Positions 60,301 through 64,000 of a stretch of DNA of 64,000 nucleotides are shown one piece after another (within the stretch, counting starts at the first letter, position 1; the number at the start of each line of letters is the position of its first letter). The stretch is from the human T2T-CHM13v2.0 reference genome, Homo sapiens. The notes under the pieces were generated by a model. That model did not search any database. It saw only the letters and a list, made by a program, of their open reading frames with translations, and was not told where the DNA came from. Made by a program: the position numbers and the translations under genes. Location of the stretch: the NCBI RefSeq assembly GCF_009914755.1, contig NC_060940.1. One strand, given 5' to 3'.

Positions 60301-63264
60301 ATTCCATGATGATTCCATTCCATTCCATTCAATGACTCCATTCGATTCCGTTTGATGATGATTTCATTCGAGTCCATTTGATGATTCCATTTGATTCCAT
60401 TCGATGATGATTACATTCGAGTCCATACGATGATTCCACTCAATTCCATATGATGATGATTCCATTCGATTCCATTCGATGATTCCATTCTATTCTATTC
60501 AATGGTGATTCCATTCGAGTACATTAGATGATTCCATTCGATTCCATTCAATGATGATTCTATTTGTGTCCCTTAGATGGTTCCACATGATTCCATTTCA
60601 TGATGATACTATTTGAGCCCATCCAATGATTCCCTTCGTATCCATTCGATGAGGATTCCATTCGATTCAATTCATTGGTGATTCTATTCAATTCAATTCT
60701 TTGATTCCATTCCATTCCATTCGACAAAGATTCCATTCGATTTCTTTCGATGATTCCACTCGATTCCACTTGACATTGATTCCATTCGATTCCATTCAAT
60801 GATTCCGTTTGATTCCAGTGGATGATGATTGCCATCGATTCCATTCGATCACTCCATTCTATTCCATTTGATGATGATTACATTCGATTCCATTCGATCA
60901 CTCCATTCTATTCCATTTGATGATGATTACATTCGATTCCATTTGATGATTCCATCTGATTCTATTCGAGGATTCCATTTGATTCCATTCGATGATGATT
61001 CCATTCGAGTGCATTCGATGATTTCATTCGAGTACATCCAATGATTCCATTCGAGTCCATTTGATGATTCCATTTAATTCCATTTGATTATGATTCTACT
61101 AGAGTCCATTCAATGACTCCATTCGAATCCATTCAACAATTCCATTCGAGGCCATTCGATGATTCCATTTCATGATTCCATTCGAGTCCATTTAATCATT
61201 ACAGTCGAGTCCATTTGGTGATTCCACTGGATTTCTTTTGATAATGATACCATTCAATTACATTTGATGATGATCCCATTCAATTTCATTTGATGGTGAT
61301 TCCATTAGAGTCCATTCGATGATTTCATTCGAGTCCCTTCATTGATTCCATCCGATTTCATTTGATGATGACTCCATTCGAGTCCATTCGATGATTCCAC
61401 TCGATTCCATCAGATGGTTCCATTGGAGTCCATTTGATTGTTCCATTCGATTCTATTCGATTCCTTTCGAAGATTATTCCATTTGAGTCCATTCGATGAT
61501 GATTCCATTCCATTCCATTCGATGATTCCGTTTGATTCCATTCGATGATTCCCTTCGATTCCTTTCTTTGATGATTCCATTCCATTCCATTCAATGATTC
61601 CATTCGAATCTATTCCATGATGATTCCTTTCGATTCCATTCGCTGATGTTTCCGTTCAATTCCATTCGATGATGATTCCATTCGATTCCATTCATTGAGG
61701 ATTCCATTTGATTCCATTCAATGATGATTCCGTTCTATTCCATTCAATGATTGCATTCAATTCCATTCAATGATTATCCCCTTAGAGTAAACTCAACGAT
61801 TCCATTCAATACCATTCGATGATGATTCCTTTTGAGTCCATTCAATGATTTCATTCAAGTCCATTTGATGATTCCTTTCAATTCCATTCTATGATGATTC
61901 CATTCGAGTCCATTCGATGATTCCATTCGATTGCATTCGATGATTCCATTATATTCCATTCAACAATGATTCCATTCGAGACCATTCGATGATTCCATTA
62001 GAGTACATTTAATGATTGCTTTGTTTTCAATTCGAAGATGATTACATTGGATTCCATTCTATGATACCATTCGATTCCATTCAATGATGATTCCACTCAA
62101 ATCCATTGGATGATTCCATTCGTGTCCATTCGGTGATTTCATTAGATTCCATTCGAGGATGATTCCATTCGATTCCATTCGATGATTCCATTCAATTCCA
62201 TTCGATGATGATTCCATTCCAGTCCATATGATCATTCCATTTGATTTCATTCGATGGATGATTCCATTCGATTCCATTCGATGATTCCATTCTATTCCAT
62301 TCGATGATGATTCCATTCGAGTCCATTCGATGATTCCATTCGAGTCCATTTAATGATTCCATTGGGTTCAATTCAATGATGATTACATTGGATTCCGTTC
62401 TATGATTCCATTCAATTCCGTTCATTGACAATTTGATTCCATTCGATGATGATTCCATTTGAGTTCATTCGATGATTCTATTCGATTCTCTTCGATGGTG
62501 ATTCAATTCTATTATATTGGATGATTCCATTCGATTCCATTTGATGTTGATTCAATTCGATTCTATTCGATGATGATTCCATTGGATTTCACTTGATGAT
62601 TCTATTCGATTCCATTCAATGATGATTCACTTCTCGTCCATTGGATGATTCCATTTCATTCCATTCGATGATGATTCCATTCGATTCCATTCGATGATTC
62701 CATTTGATTCCATGCGTCGGTGAGCAATTCGATTCAATTCCATGATGATTCTATTTGATTCAGTTAGATGATGTTTCCATTCGAATCCATTCCATGATTA
62801 TTCCATTGGAATCCATTCGGCGATGATTCCATATGAGTCAATTCAATGATGATTCCATATGGGTCCGTTTGATGATAATTCCATTTGATTTCATTCGGTG
62901 CTTCTATTCAATTCCAGTCGATGATGATTCCGCTGGAGTCCATACGATGATTCCATTTGATTTCATTTGATGATGATTCCATTCGATGATGATTACATTG
63001 GATTCCATTCTATGATTCCATTCAATTCCATTCGTTGATGATTCGATTCCATTCAATGATGATTCCATTTGAGTTCATTCGATGATTCTATTCGATTCCG
63101 TTCGATGGTGATTCAATTCTCTTATATTGGATGAATCCACTCGATTCCATTTGATGATTATTCCATTGGAGTCCACTTAGTGAATCCTTCAGATTCTACT
63201 CGAAGATGATTCCATTCCAGTCCATTCGATGATACCATTCAATTCCATTCGTTGATGCTTCCAT
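57375..63264 (+). repeat. Variant long unit B' (5,890 bp)
   Basis: Anchor at 57375 and 63265. It shares the -3, +16, +3, -72, -23, -170 and -10 indels with unit B, and adds private -13, +49 and +1 changes; the total is -222. Confidence 0.85.
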
Positions 63265-64000
63265 TCAAGTGCATTCGATGATATCATTCGATTCCATTTG
63301 ATGATAATTCCATTTGATTCCATGCGATGATTCTATTCGATTCCATTCAATGATAATTCCATTCAGTTCAGTGATTCCTCTGGATTCCATTTGATGATGA
63401 TTCCATTCAATGATTCCATTCGATTCTATTCGAAAATGTTTCCATTTGAATCCATTTGATGATGATTCCATTAGATTCCATTTGATGATTCCATTCGATT
63501 CCATGCGACGATGATTCCATTCGAATCCATTTGATGATTCCATTCTATTCTATTCGATGATGATTCCATTCGATTCCATTCGATGATGATTGGATTTGAT
63601 TCCATTTGATGATTTCATTTGATTCCATTCGTTAATGATTTCGATCAATTCCATTCGATGATTCCATTCGATTCCATTCGATGATGATTGGATTTGATTC
63701 CATTTGATGATTTCATTTGATTCCATTCGTTAATGATTTTGATCAATTCCATTCGATGATTCCATTCGATTCCATTCGATAATGATTACATCCGAGTCCA
63801 TTCGATGATTCCATTTGAGCCTGTTCGATAATTCCTTTTGAGTCCAACCAATGATTCCATTCATTTCCATTCAATGATTCCATTCGAGTCCATTTGATCA
63901 TTCCGGTAGGGTCCATTCGATGTTGATTCCATTGGAGTGCATTCGATGATTCCATTCGAGTCCATTTTACGATTTGATTCGAGTCCTTTCGATGATTCCA

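Larger units (their letters stand above)
1..64000 (+). repeat. Human satellite II (HSATII/HSat2) pericentromeric tandem array, CATTC strand on +; probably HSat2B (chr16q11.2-type)
   Basis: Every line consists of diverged ATTCCATTCG(A/G)TCCATTCGATG(ATG) 23/26-bp monomers with TCGA and GAGTC variants. This is the HSat2 signature, whereas HSat3 is mostly pure (CATTC)n. No GAATG-oriented stretch occurs on +. The subfamily and chromosome are inferred from the 6.1-kb period. Confidence 0.98.

Noticed and set aside
62250-62262. Single-base G insertion (TCGATGGATGATT) shifting ORF frames
   Set aside because: It is an isolated 1-bp indel that could be a consensus error or a neutral mutation, with no functional implication.
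658-63955. Over 150 short minus-strand ORFs (MESSNGIEWNH...) and a few plus-strand ORFs (..DDSIRFH..)
   Set aside because: They are translations of the GAATG/CATTC repeat, where ATG codons are abundant and stops are sparse on the minus strand. They overlap in multiple frames, are low-complexity, recur with the HOR, and open or close through random SNPs. I used them only as positional markers.
1-64000. CRISPR-like or other prokaryotic repeat-spacer system
   Set aside because: There are no unique spacers, no leader and no cas or other genes. The sequence is continuous degenerate tandem satellite.
1-64000. HSat3, alpha satellite or CENP-B boxes
   Set aside because: There are no long pure (CATTC)n runs and no 171-bp monomers. 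The 23/26-bp CATTCGATTC/GATGAT structure is HSat2.
1-64000. Inversions or embedded Alu/L1/LTR insertions
   Set aside because: I saw no GGAATG-oriented tract, poly-A tail or non-satellite sequence on reading through.

Overview
The whole 64 kb is one uninterrupted, single-orientation array of human satellite II (HSATII/HSat2). It is built from diverged CATTC-derived 23-bp and 26-bp monomers (ATTCCATTCG ATTCCATTCG ATG[ATG]) and is rich in TCGA/CpG. The monomers form a higher-order unit of 6,112 bp, the period known for the HSat2B array at chr16q11.2; that locus assignment is an inference. I see no genes, RNA genes, transposons or inversions, and all listed ORFs are artefacts of translating the repeat. 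The interest is structural. About 11 unit copies can be phased with a unique anchor. They carry templated insertions, tandem duplications and deletions whose sizes mostly follow the monomer lattice, and they show SNP-haplotype switches. In the last third, a distinct ~1.8 kb HSat2 block occurs twice and creates a ~9.97 kb two-unit super-period. One consensus DUX4-type motif is conserved per full unit. I find no evidence for a previously undescribed gene-based system.
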